DNA from: Vezdaea acicularis | Lineage: Eukaryota | Assembly: GCA_026025075.1 (NCBI GenBank) | Contig: JAPEUI010000009.1 | Coordinates: 62,001-126,000, forward strand | Direction of reading: 5' to 3' | DNA length: 64,000 nucleotides | Part shown: positions 36,323 to 48,908 of the stretch, one piece after another | How positions within the stretch are numbered: the stretch's first letter is position 1 | Layout: each line of letters begins with the position of its first letter | Made by a program: the position numbers and the translations under genes | Notes under the pieces: model-generated | What the model was told of the DNA's origin: nothing | The model's database searches: none | Seen by the model: the letters and a program-made list of their open reading frames with translations, nothing else

Positions 36323-39300
36323 ATGATGTCAAGGTCCTCGACTCCCGCATTACCCTCCTATGACCCACGCCTGTTACGTGCCCCGGAGCCAAATACAGGC
36401 TCTTCCTCTCATCCTGGGTCAGAATGGCACCACTCCCTATCGGTAATGCTCTCCCGCCCCTGACTCAAGGACACAGAACTTACTCCTAGCCAGTCGAGCA
36501 CAGGCTCTTACTCGACTTTGTCAGCGCAAGACACCGCAGAAAAGCTCCACACATCCACTGCTCATGGTCTCTCTCAAGCAGATGCCGTTGAGCGCATAAG
36601 ATCTCACGGGCTAAACGAGCTACCGCATGAAGAACCAGAACCACTATGGCTCCGGTTCTTGAAGCAATTCAAGGAGACTCTTATACTGCTTCTCTTGGGC
36701 TCCGCCGTAGTCTCTTTTTTCATAGGGAATAGAGATGACGCTGTCAGCATCACGATCGCTGTTACAATCGTTGTGACCGTAGGGTTCGTTCAGGAATATC
36801 GATCCGAGAAGTCGCTTGAAGCCTTGAACCGGTTAGTGCCGCACAATGCGCACCTCATTCGCGGGAAGAAAAGCAGGTCTTCGCACACTGAGGGACATCC
36901 AGAGACCGAGCCGATGTTGGATTCTTCTTCAGGAGGTGACAAGTCTTCAGCAAGCGTACCGGCAGCGCAACTCGTTCCGGGCGACCTTATAATATTTTCT
37001 ACCGGAGATCGTATTCCTGCCGATGTCCGTATTACTAGAGCGGCAGATCTTACGATTGATGAATCGAGTCTGACCGGGGAAAACGAGCCTGCAAGAAAAT
37101 CGGCTGACGTCGTGCCGCAAGGAGGAATGCACCATAATTCGGAAGGGCGCCCGTCGTCCCCATTCTATGCGTCGCCTGCTGCAGGTACAGTTGGCGCTGA
37201 TAGCCGTCTTAACGACATGACGAACATCGCTTTTATGGGAACGTTGGTATGCTCTGGACACGGCCAAGGTATTGTCGTCTCCACAGGTGGCAAGACAGAG
37301 CTTGGAGCGGTCTCAGCATCCTTGGGAGATATAGAGAGCCCACGGACACCACTCCAACTCTCAATGGACCGTCTTGGGCAAGAACTAAGCTATATGTCCT
37401 TTGTCGTGATATTTGTTATCATGATTGTTGGAGTCTGGCAGGGGAGGAAACTTCTAGAGATGTTTACTATCGGAGTCTCGCTCGCTGTCGCTGCTATACC
37501 TGAAGGGCTACCTATCATTGTCACGGTCACACTCGCGCTTGGGGTCCTTCGCATGGCAAAACAGGGCGCGATCGTGAGGAGACTCCCGAGTGTAGAAACT
37601 CTTGGATCCGTCAATGTTGTGTGTAGCGACAAAACTGGTCCGTCTCCTTTAGCCCCAATTCTGGCTGTAATTTGCTAACATGTCTGGCTACAGGAACTCT
37701 GACTTTGAATCATATGACTGTCACCAAGCTTTGGCATTTTGATGCCCCTTCCCCTATGGAAGTCGTCACTTCATCCTCTCCAGAGCCGGTTGTTCGTACC
37801 ATTCTTAGGATTGGAAACATCGCAAACAACGGGCGTCTATCCAAGACGCGCCCAGAGTCTGCCGCTAGCGCTGCTGTGTATTCTTCATCCCTTGGCAACG
37901 ATCCTGATAGCGGCGCCAAGAGTCGGTGGCTTGGCCAACCAACTGATGTGGCCATGCTTGATCTGCTTGACGCGTTTGGTGAAGATGACGTGCGAGACCG
38001 AATCGCGCATCGAGCTGCGGAGACTCCTTTCAGCTCCGAACGGAAATGGATGGGAGTAGTCATTGGTGGTGGTACCAGTAGTAGCGACTCATCCACAGGA
38101 AGCGGGTCAGCGCAAGACAAAATTTACATCAAAGGTGCTCTAGAACAAGTACTGAAGAGGTGTGACACGTATCTCACTAAAGATGGCCGAGAGATCATAC
38201 TGGACGAGCCTCGCAAAGCTGACGCTCTCAGGGCTGCTGAGGCGATGGCGGAAGAGGGGCTCCGTGTTATAGGGTTTGCAAGTGGATCTTGTCGCCGCAC
38301 CAACATTCCATCAATTGCGCGTGCAGAAAGCAGCAGAACTGGCACACCGAGGGACAGGAGTCCGGTCAAGCTGATGTCAGAAAACGACGAGGATGTATAT
38401 CAAGGACTCTCATTCGCTGGGATAGTTGGTATGAACGATCCGCCCCGGAAAGGTGTGGACAGGTCGATCCGCCGGTTGATGTCTGGTGGTGTCAAGATCA
38501 TCATGATTACAGGAGACGCCGAGACGACAGCCGTCGCAATAGGGCGAAAACTTGGGATGCCAATCAATGCCTCCCAGAGCCGCGGCGGCCATGTCGGCCG
38601 CCAAGTTCTTCGTGGGGATGAGCTTGATAAGATGTCTGAGCAGGAGCTTGCTCAGGCTATTGCTACGACGTCAATCTTCGCGCGAACAAGTCCAGATCAC
38701 AAGCTCAAGATTATACGGGCTTTGCAGTCTCGTGGCGACGTGGTCGCTATGACGGGCGACGGAGTGAACGACGCGCCAGCATTGAAGAAAGCCGACATCG
38801 GTATCTCCATGGGCCTTCTAGGAACCGACGTTGCGAAGGAAGCTGCTGATATGATTCTCACGGACGATGACTTCTCTACTATCTTGAGTGCGATCGAGGA
38901 GGGCAAGGGTATCTTCTACAACATACAAAACTTCTTAACGTTCCAGCTCAGCACAAGCGTTGCTGCTCTCAGCTTAATCCTCCTAAGCTCTCTTTTTGGT
39001 TTCAAGAATCCGCTGAATGCCATGCAGATTCTCTGGATCAGTGAGCACACCCTACCCTCACACGCTTACGTCTGACTAATCTGAAAAATAGACATCCTCA
39101 TGGACGGCCCCCCCGCCCAATCCCTAGGCGTCGAGCCCGTCGACCCAGCCGTAATGTCCCGGCCCCCTCGCGCGCGCAACGCCCGAGTCCTCACCCGCCC
39201 TCTTCTCCAGCGCGTCCTCACGTCCGCCGCCGTCATCATGCTCGGCACAATGATGATCTACATCCGCGAGATGTCGCTCGACGGCCTCGTCACCGCGCGC

Positions 39301-39630
39301 GACACCACCATGACCTTCACCTGCTTCGTGCTCTTCGACATGTTCAACGCCTTGACCTGTCGCTCCGAGTCCAAGTCCGTCCTCCGCGGCGAAATCGGTC
39401 TTTTCAGCAACAACATGTTTAACTACGCCGTCGCCGGCAGCTTGATGGGCCAGCTCATGGTCGTCTATCTGCCGATCTTGCAGCGCATCTTTCAGACCGA
39501 GGGACTCGCCTTTTTCGACCTCGTCGCGTTGCTCATGATCGCTTCGTCGGTCTTTTGGGTCGATGAGGGAAGGAAGTATGTCGCGGCGCGTAGGAGGAGG
39601 GGCATTGGTGGGTATAGCAATAGTGTATAG
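36323..39630 (+). CDS. PMR1: Golgi Ca2+/Mn2+ P-type ATPase (SPCA); start codon and first exon uncertain; introns ~37638-37692 and ~39041-39091
   Basis: [51 protein letters not shown] and [20 protein letters not shown]. Confidence 0.93.
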
Positions 39631-40133
39631 GATGGTCGGAGCGAAGCATATATCTTTATGGGAGTCTTGCATTATAGTCTGCATATCAATATGATACTCA
39701 CTGAGCGCATCCAAGGCCCTTCAATACTGTCTTGAAGTCTGTATAGGACGACTGATTCCTAGAAACTTTGGTCTTCCCCCGCTCATTCCTACGCACAACT
39801 CAGAATCACACGACCGACTCACAATATAGACTTCACGGACTTCACCTGACTCTAACGGACCCTAAAGCCACCCAACACCAATTTAGAAGCATATTAAACC
39901 CCCACAAGCATCTCCGCAGGAACAAAATTCTGAGCAGACGCGCGGGTCCAAGCAGCCATGACTCTATTGACGTATTACATCACGGATCAAACCCTGAAGC
40001 CCATCGTCGCGATCTGAACAAGCTTAAGGAACGGGGGTTGCAAGCACGTTGCTGTTGATGGCGGGACTGGGGATGTTGTGTTGCACAATTCGGAGGCATT
40101 GTCATAGGTGGCGAATTGTCTCAAAGCGGGATC

Positions 40134-40738
40134 AACAAAGACAGAGGTGCGGCTGTGACTATTCTCGTGGGTGGTACAGTTGGGCGGCAAAATTCTGAAT
40201 ACACCTTGGCCTCGATTCATGCGCCGAAGTGTGTGCAAACATGTGCTTCCCCCACCGTACGAAAGAGGAGAAGGCGAAGAAGAAACCCAACCTTTCAATA
40301 CTTTTTCGTTCACATATAATGATTGAAATCTATATGTGTAACACATTTCAGAAAATAATGTCCTTAGCAGCGGAGGCTGGTAAGGAACGTTAGAAGATCT
40401 ATGAGATGTACCTAACATTGGTAACGTACCCTTTTTTTATATTAGTGGCTGCTCTTGTTGCTAGAACTGGCATTGGAGGCCGTTTGGCACTTTTTTTAGG
40501 GCGTAACATGCTTCCAGGTGGAGTGGAGGCTAGTAGAAGATCTTAGGGTGACTAGTTTCTCTTATAACTATAGGCTTTGTTCTTAGATCCTAAGAACAAA
40601 CACAAAGGAGACATCTGAGTTGCGATCCTAGCTCAGGAGGTCTGTGGCTTTATTACAGTCAGCGAGCAGAAGTCTGAATGCACCTTGGCCTCGTTTCACG
40701 CGCTAAAGTGGATTCAGACTTTTGCCCCCCCACTGTAA
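40134..40738 (+). repeat. Two diverged direct copies (~40134-40259 and ~40595-40738) of a degenerate coding-like fragment; possible pseudogene remnant
   Basis: TCTGAATACACCTTGGCCTCGATTCATGCGCCGAAGTG (40194) versus TCTGAATGCACCTTGGCCTCGTTTCACGCGCTAAAGTG (40673), with weaker similarity on both flanks. Confidence 0.6.
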
Positions 40739-41081
40739 TCTACATCGAGATAGGCGAGCTCCTAGCCGCTCTCAGCAGAGGGGACAATTACGTTATGAAG
40801 GGTTTCATTTTGGGGGATCACCACCATAAAAGGAATCTTATTGATGAAGCGCAGACTGAGTTTATCTATCAATCTTCCTCGGTAGCTAAATGCAAGATCA
40901 ACCTCATTCGTCTGCCCCGTGTAGTATTAAACCTTGCCTTCCCTTTTCGATCGCACACTTCTGACCTTCTGTCTTTCCCGATACCTCCATAAGTCATGAT
41001 TTTCCCCAAGCTATTGCATTGCCACGAGTAAAAACAACTGCTGTAAACAATGGTCAAGGGGTTAAGCGGAGGTTCGCTCGG

Positions 41082-44000
41082 TTAAGGGTTTGCCCAACTG
41101 ATAAAGTCCTTAGGGACCTCCCAGCCATGACTAGTGCAAGCACGTATATACGCACTCACCGCCTCACCAACTCCATAATCTCTGACGGGGCCACTATCGA
41201 GTCTTGCCGGGAAAGGGTCCGTGCTTGAGATGGCCATACGAACTTGAAGCAAGACGCTTTCAATGGAAGAAACAGCTGACCAACCCGAGTTTGTAAGAAG
41301 TTCCATACAGAGAGCACCACCTGCTGTCACATGCCCACCTCCGCGCTGCATAAAGGACAAGAAGCGGGGTCGAATGACACGGACGAATGGAGGAGCCATG
41401 GGACAGTCCTTTCCAAAGCGCATTTCTAGAACAATTGACTTGATGCCTTTGTCCCTCATGTCTTTGACGAGAGGCAGCTCTGGATCAAAGGAATGCATTT
41501 CGAGGATCCACTGATAGGGATTTTCTATATGTTCACTATCGATGTACCAACCAAGCTCATGAGCTGGCTTTTCCTTTTGCAATTTCAAGATTGCTTGCAG
41601 CTCGCGCTGAAGCCATCTTGTCGCATGTATAGTGGCGTCGGAGGGCGCTTTGAGGATTGGGAGGGTACTGTGATCGAGTGTCCCCGGAACGAAGTCTGTC
41701 TGAAAAGGCGTGGGTGGGAGAGGCTTGTTTTTTCCTTTTGGTGACGCTGCAAGTGGTTGATTGGGCGTGTCTGGGAACAGAATTTCGAGATCGCTAACAG
41801 AAGTCTCGATGCTAGCAACATCGTCGTCCAGGAGCAGAGCTTCGCTATTTCTATATGCTTCTAGGGCTCCCCACAGAGAATCTCCCGCCTTTGCTTTCTT
41901 ATTCCTCCGGTTCTTTACAGACTGAAGGCTCCGCCTCCGCGAGCTCGCGATTGCACCAATCGGAATGACTAGTCGTTCACCGTCGTCGCGTATCGGGTTC
42001 ATGCTTGGATCTTGATGATATTCACCTTCTACCTTTGCTGGTACGGATATTTTAGAGTAATTCGAGTAAGCTCGCGGAACCAGGTTGGAGTTATAACGAG
42101 AGTTGTTTGTAACTGGACGATTGGATTCATCCTGTACCGTTCTTACGAAGAGATACCTTGTCTGGATCCAGTCGACCTGTGCTACCACAAGGTGAGGATG
42201 GCAGGAAACAAATTCTGCTGGAGAGTTGACAATTTCGTTGAGACAAACCGCAGAGGACATTTTGAGAGCACTCTGTGGCCATGTGAAGACCTTTACGTAG
42301 TGGTTGTACTGTCCTGATTAGCTCGTTGCCTATAACTAAAGAATTCCGGGCTAGTGCAGGAGAGGTTGGAAGCTTACACCAACACCACAATAACCTGCAC
42401 TGACATTATAGTCGAGTGAGTGGTAACAACCGTTTCCATAAGCCCTGCCATGCTGCGTTTCTCTAAAATGGAGACCCTCCCGTACTATGCCATGCCAGTT
42501 ATACATTGGGCTCCCATGCCATGCGAATATACTTTCATATTGAAGCGAGAGTTTTTCACTAGCTGTCTGAAGCGCTCTAACAAACCGCTGTTCTTTATCT
42601 GGTGCGCCTTGTGCAAAACGAAATTGCAAACATCCTTGGAACCCTGGAATACGCTGCTGGAATGGGTTTGCAATAGTGTTTCCCTGGTCCGCGGAGTCTT
42701 GATCTACTATATCACAACCTTCAACCTCAAATATGCAGGAGCGGTTAGATGCGATAATCCATCGCAAGAGATTAACAGCAGCGGGCGGCAAGCGATCCGT
42801 CCACTGGTGCAAAGAGGCCCCTACTATGCCTTTCCGCACAAGGTATTCCTTCATCTCGGTCACGGAAGGTAGTATTGATAATAGCTGTATGATCGCGAGT
42901 TGCTTACGTGTTGAATGAAGATCGTCAAAGTTTCTCTCATATTTCGTGAAGGTCACAGCTTGGGGTAACTTCTGAAGGGAAGCTTTTGAGGCGATCCTTG
43001 GTGCTGCTCTTACATCTGGTGACTGCGATCTACTGAGAGAGTCTCTCTGGTATGACTGCAGGTCCTCCTTACTTGGCATAACTGGCCTTACTGGGTGGGA
43101 AAGTTGAATCGTGGGGAAAAAAGAAATGTCTGCCACACGGTGGTGGACGGTACTTGTTTGCTCACCCCTAGATTGTACAACAATCCAATCCCCTGGCCTG
43201 AGTGGATTAGGCTTTTTGTCATCGCCGTACTTCGTATGGTCGAAAATGAGCTCTGGTCCATCCGGATCGTAGTTCGCAGTGTATTCGATAGTTTCGGGCT
43301 CTGGACAGATGGCACTGTCCTCGTTCCAATGGGCCGTTCCCGGAGCCATGGACGGGAAGAAGCTACCACTTAACGTATCTAGAGGAGGAATGATAAGGCC
43401 CATTCCTGTGGGGAACCCATTCAATTTTCCAGCAACAGCGGCAGAGTAACAGAAGCAGATCAAGAGATCGACGACGTTAGGCTGCGAGATTATCTCAAAC
43501 TCGATACTCGGGCCTTTTCTGTCAGATTAGCATGAGACGATAGATACGAGCAAAGCGTTCACCTACCCATTCCCAGTGTCATGTATTGGTATAGACAAAG
43601 TGGCTTCTCGCATACATATGGTTTGAGAGCTTCGAAGTCTACTTCAACCTTAGAATGGCATACAAGGCAAAATTCAGTACATGAAACAGTGTGTCGGAGC
43701 ATGAATTGTGCTGCAAGAAGCGGAAATGATAGCTCTTTATGCCGACGCTCCTTATTGAAGGTTCCAAGATGATCCGCAGTGACGATGGGCGGCAACAGCT
43801 TCCTGGAAGGCGTTTCAATCCAATATGTCTGACTGATCTTATCACTCGGCCCATCTTTTCCTTGGTGATCATTATAATATGCTTCTGCACCCTCCCATGG
43901 AAAGCCAAATGTCATTCGTAATTGCATCAAATTGACGAGGCGCTCATTCAGGAGATCGTTGAGAGGTCGACCTTCATGAAGTTAGATTGTATTACTAGAT

Positions 44001-45277
44001 ACTCTACAAGAGTCTGGTAACACTCCGAGGTTGAAGGATGCGGGGTTAACAATCATTATCAGCAACTTCCTCGGGGAGAGGTTGAAAGAAGCTGTCATGT
44101 TGCAGGTCAAATCCAGGAGTGAGACGTACCAATAAAAATTCCTTGCAATCCTGCAGGTACCAACTCTGGGCTAAGTTCGTCGAGTTGGGTGGGAGCTTCC
44201 TCCTTGTTCCACCTCATCAACACTTTATCTTTGGAGAACGCGGCAGTAGCTTCTTCGAGTGTTGGTTTATACCTACTACTTGTCGCCACTGTCATCTCGA
44301 TTGAACCATTTCGATGAAATCTATCAGCTAGTTTATCGGCATGAACATACCCAGCCGGATATCGGATTATGAGAATTAGGTAGTTTTGCCGTTTCAATTG
44401 CCAAGCTTGCATTGCTTCTTCGGAAATGCCTAATTTCGCGATTCGACATGAGATGCTTAGGTATGAGTTACCGCCACTTGAGATATCTCCAAGTACGCCT
44501 ACTCTAAAGCCAGCCTCCTTCGCCATTCTAATGTCTGTACGAAGTCTTTCTAACAACTGTTTTTGGGCTTTGTAGTCTAGAGATCCCGTGTGATGAAAAG
44601 CTTGTGACGAGGAGTTGAATAGGTGGTCGTCCGGAGACTTAGGTGAGAGCGGTCCGTATGGGTCTGTACCATCAGAATCGCCCTCAAAAGACTGATCTGT
44701 ATCGCTGTTATCACCTACGTCCATGGCATCACCTGCTATTGTGGAAGAAAGCGCATTCGACAGCGCAGAAGACGCCAAAGACACAACTTTGCAGACCTTC
44801 ATGCCGCTTAGTTGATCCTGAAGCTCGTTCAATGTCACGCCAATGACTGGGGCAGGATTTTCCTCGGTGGTGAATAGCATGAACTGATGCTCTCGCGGAT
44901 AGTCGCCAACATCTACCGAAATATTAGAGAGCTCTCCATCTCAACAGAATGCTTTCCGCTCCACCACAGTTGAGTGTGCTACAACAAGAAATTCCCTTAA
45001 TCCTAGAGGCTTGCTAGATTCAAGATGGGAAAATGTTCGATTCACCCTGAATCAAAGTCCAGAGGTGTGCGAAGGTGCGAAAACCCTTGAGCCGTCTTTT
45101 CGGGAACTCACCAGTGACAAGAGCGTGTATAGGAACAGGAGCGTAGGTAGAGGATTTAGGGGTATAAACAAAAGTGAAGGATCCATCCTCTTCGCCTGCT
45201 TGAAGTTCAGAGACCCCCTCGACTGGTGGTCCGCTTATGGCCTCTTGTAGGTCTGCAACGAAGGCTTTTCGTGGCAT
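41082..45277 (-). CDS. PARP-like ADP-ribosyltransferase / UBE2Q-type ubiquitin-conjugating enzyme fusion protein; 5 exons
   Basis: Start MPRKAFVADL. Cys motif CLVCH...KPYVCEKPLC. ART core AWHGS...GL...HGRAYGNGCYHS...LNEIV...WIQTRYLFV. E2 core PPFVRVIRPRF...GGHVTAGGALCMELLT.SGWS. GT-AG introns at ~44913-45111, 43972-44129, 43515-43567 and 42309-42377. Confidence 0.88.
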
Positions 45278-46017
45278 TATGGCTGTAGGAAACTGCAATT
45301 GAAAGTAAAGGAAACCGCGGTCTAGTTTCTGAGAACTAGACTTGTAAATGGCGTGCTGGTGCAAAAATATATTTCTTGCCAAAAGAAAACGAGAAGTGGT
45401 GTGAGATGAAGTGACTTGGTGTGGTAAAGGTGGGGCAGTGCGGGTAGGCTAGTTGTTGACTGAGCTGGACCCTGTCGGAAGCTACAGCACAGGCTATCTT
45501 ATTGAGATAAGATTCGTTCAAGCCTGAGCTGGTGAAGACTATCAGATTTTTGCCTGATGAGGCTTCGCATGGTAACGGAAAAAGTGCAATCCGAAGTGGG
45601 GTCTCACTCCAGTAGGACTCAAGGCAACAGCGATCAATGACTTAGCCGGGAGGCTCGTGAGGCTGCGGGACTTTGTTTGGGTCCGCAGTTAGCTGCAGGC
45701 TTGGAGCGCTAGGGCGCGGCTAAGCATGGGGAAATCCAGGCACCTCGCGGCAATCACGGCTAATGCACGAGTCGATCCAAGCTACTGCGTCTGGGGCTGT
45801 GACTTTCCCATATTCTGAGTGAAAGAACAAACCGTGTTCTCTCCCTGTCGGATCATTGTGGCGAATCCGTTGGATTGAGTGATTATATTGACTTTATCAC
45901 CACTAAAGACCTTGGCACTCCACTATCCTGCAGGCATTCTCTCCGACCAGTGGTTTTCTTCAGTAATGATCTAGTGGATCGCAGTTGGGTTAGGCGCAGG
46001 CCCGGAGAGCGAGAGTG

Positions 46018-46740
46018 ATGCTTTCTAATCCTCAACACCTGAAATATCGGCGACCTTCGCCGACTACTATTGAGTTTGTCGTGTCAACCGCCCGGGCTAG
46101 AAATACCCTTGCTTCTCATGTCCTCTTCTTGGTCTTCCTTTCATTTCAAATTGCCCTTGGTCTTAGCTCGATCCTTATAGTGTATGTGAAGTGGAGTTTT
46201 GACAAAAGCTCCTTATTAAAGCTTCCTTTGGGTGAGGCTCTACTTGGATCCGCCTCTGGCCAGATCGCTGCGCAGATCGCGCAGAGGACAGATTGGCTCA
46301 TCTTAGCCCCTCTACTGGCAATTGCGGTATACATAATTTTCAAACGACCGTATACAGGTGAGAAAGCATCTGGTGTCTCAAGAGGCTTGCTGAGAAGTCT
46401 TTGCAGAGGAGTCCCTTTTAGTTCTGCGTGGGCTTGGCGTCCAAACATCGACCGTTGCTTCCACGTATCTCTTTAGCTCAACTACACGATTCATACCAAC
46501 TCGGCTGATCCAGGATATTTTCGTTCATGAGGCGTTCTCAGGATTTAGTGTACGCTTCTACCTTGCCATCGTCGTCGAAGGGGAGGAAGAAGTTGTAGTG
46601 GTGTTCCCTGTGAGTTCGGATATGTACTGAGTTGACGCGATATGCCCACTAATACCCCTCAGAACCTACTGCCGAAACGAGCTATTCTGGAGGAGGTATG
46701 GAGGGGTGCCCGTGCATGTCTTTATGAACCAAAGTCATAG
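46018..46740 (+). CDS. GPI15: GPI-GlcNAc transferase subunit PIG-H/Gpi15; introns 46358-46406 and 46609-46662
   Basis: RRPSPTTIEF start, two hydrophobic helices, then spliced YTEESLLVLRGLGVQT...TRFIPTRLIQDIFVHEAF.GF.VRFYLAIVVEGEEEVVVVFP|NLLP. Confidence 0.88.
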
Positions 46741-46799
46741 CTGTTTCATTCAAAGCCATTTCTCAAAATCAGTATTATTTTTGATCAGTGTATTGGGGT

Positions 46800-48563
46800 T
46801 TAGTTAATAAGCTGCCCATCGCCACCTCCTTTTCGTATTCGGTACCGTTCATTCAGGACTTCCGGCGTCTCTAACCGCGGCCTTTCTAGTACAGGGACGT
46901 ATCTTCCTACAAGTCTCCCTGCATCAGATCCGTCGAATACACGTTGACTGCACCTCTTTTCTTTTCGACTCTTAGCCACGGGCTTCTCTAGACATTCCTC
47001 ATTCCGCACCGACGTTATTCTCTGGTTAGCGGCTATGTCAAGAAGGGTGCCAGCCAACACTTCATCGATCTTATGACGTCTCCAGACATGCCAGAGATCT
47101 TCCATAACCCCGCCTTTACTCCCAAAGGGATCACTTCGACTAACTGGAATCCAGCCAAAACTATGTTCTTCATCGCCTTCCCCAGTCACCCCGTCTATCT
47201 CGGGAAAGACACAGTCCCATAAGACGAGTGGTGCGTCAGAAGCCATCTCGTAATTCGGTCGTTGAGGGTGTTTGACTATGTCAAGGAGTTGAGATACTAG
47301 TAAGGGCGTCTCTAGGCCCTGCCCAATGAGAAACAATACCGCCACCATACAGCGGACCTGATGCCATAGAAAACCAGATCCGTGCAGCGTGAAGGAGTAG
47401 ATTTTGGGGACCTCATATTCATGATCTATAGTCCGACCACTAGTTCTATCCAGTGGCTGATGCGAGTTTTTCGCATTGAACATCGGATGACTAACAAAGC
47501 CCGCAGGGGAGTGTCCCTGATCGATTTCTTCTATATCTGAGTAGAAGATCCTTCGCTCGAAGCTCGTAATCTGCTTACTTGGATCTACTTTACAGAAGTT
47601 GCGGAAGTCGTGCAGCCCTACGAAGAGCTTCGCCGCTTCTCTCATCTTGTCAATATCAAGCCATCCTCCGATAGGGCCGCCAGCTGCGGCTGATTTGTTC
47701 TGCTCGAACCTCGGAGCAAAGGCAGGATTAGTGAAGAAGTATTTGTATCGTCTTTCTGTACAAGAGAACCGAGCGGAGAAGCCGGTAGGAGGAGAGGGGC
47801 ACCAGGATAAGATGCGAATTTCTGGAGGCAGGATTCGGTTGAGGGTTTGAGCATATGGTATCTCATCCGTAATAGGATCAAAATCTGGCACACCTTGATC
47901 TGGACGGCCTTCAAGATTAGGAGAGGCGCTGGGTGATTTGGTAGGAGACGCTGAACCTTGCTGGGAAGAAGTAGGCTCTGAAGTGTTTGTAGTATTGTCT
48001 TCTTCTTCTTCATTACTTACATTGCCGAACGTGAGATCCTTTTCCACCTCCCGTTCAGGTAGTGGTCGATTACTCCTCACTCGAATGCCAATGACTTGCC
48101 CAAATGCAGAGACTCCTTTGTCCGTCCGTCCACACTTCGAGAACTCCGTCCCTGTCCAATCCACCTCGCCAACAGCTCTCTTACTATCAGCGCTCGGGGA
48201 AATGAGTCGCGCTTTTGTAAGGGCCCTCCATAGCACCTCTTCAATGGTAGGCACCAGCGTCGCATTATTTGCATGATGTTCGAACCCGTTATAGTTTCGG
48301 CCAAGGTACGCAAACTTCAGTGCGATGAGGCGGGTACTATATTTAGAGGGGTCGAAGGGTGTTGTAGATTTCGTTGGTTTCTGTGGACGGGGGCTCGGTG
48401 GGGACGAGGTTCTTTTATGAGTATTAGCTTATGGTAGAGTTGTTGTAGCCTCTGAGCTTGCTCACCGAGCTTTCTGGGTAGCTAGAGCTTCCTCGAGCTT
48501 CGTAATGCGCTCTATGAGTGCTTCTTGGTTCCATTGGGAGTAGTCCGTCTTTTGCGTGGCCAT
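46800..48563 (-). CDS. DEG1: tRNA pseudouridine(38/39) synthase; intron ~48414-48465; upstream in-frame ATGs at 48623 and 48713
   Basis: FDPSKYSTRLIALKFAYLGRNYNG, SKCGRTDKGVSAFGQV, FSARFSC, GLHDFRNFCK and GSGFLWHQVRCMV match Pus3/Deg1. Confidence 0.93.
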
Positions 48564-48908
48564 GGCGCGTGCCTGGAGCCGCAAGGGCGTAGAGCGTGTC
48601 CGCCAACGGCGGGATCTAGACATGTAGACTTGGAAGTAGCTTGTAAAGTGGTGCTGTTGCGGGGCGCTACGGATACCAAAGTCACCAAGGAAAGGCCATT
48701 TGAAACCTCTCATGCCCAGTTTCTCTGATGTCGCACAAAGCGCACAGTTGAAGTGGATGTTAGTCCAACATGTTTCGGGACATGAGCCGAGTATTTGGAA
48801 ACTCCGATATTTTGCCGAGGGACGGAACTAGCGGTTTAAGCTTAATATGATGTCAGCTCCTAATGATGATGCATCGTTCTAAAATATCCTAGATGACCCC
48901 GTATCAGC

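Noticed and set aside
22275..45277. Apparent cluster of genome-maintenance genes (MCM4, APN1, RAD21, PARP-like)
   Set aside because: Interspersed with unrelated genes. This is expected by chance in a housekeeping-dense region without synteny evidence.
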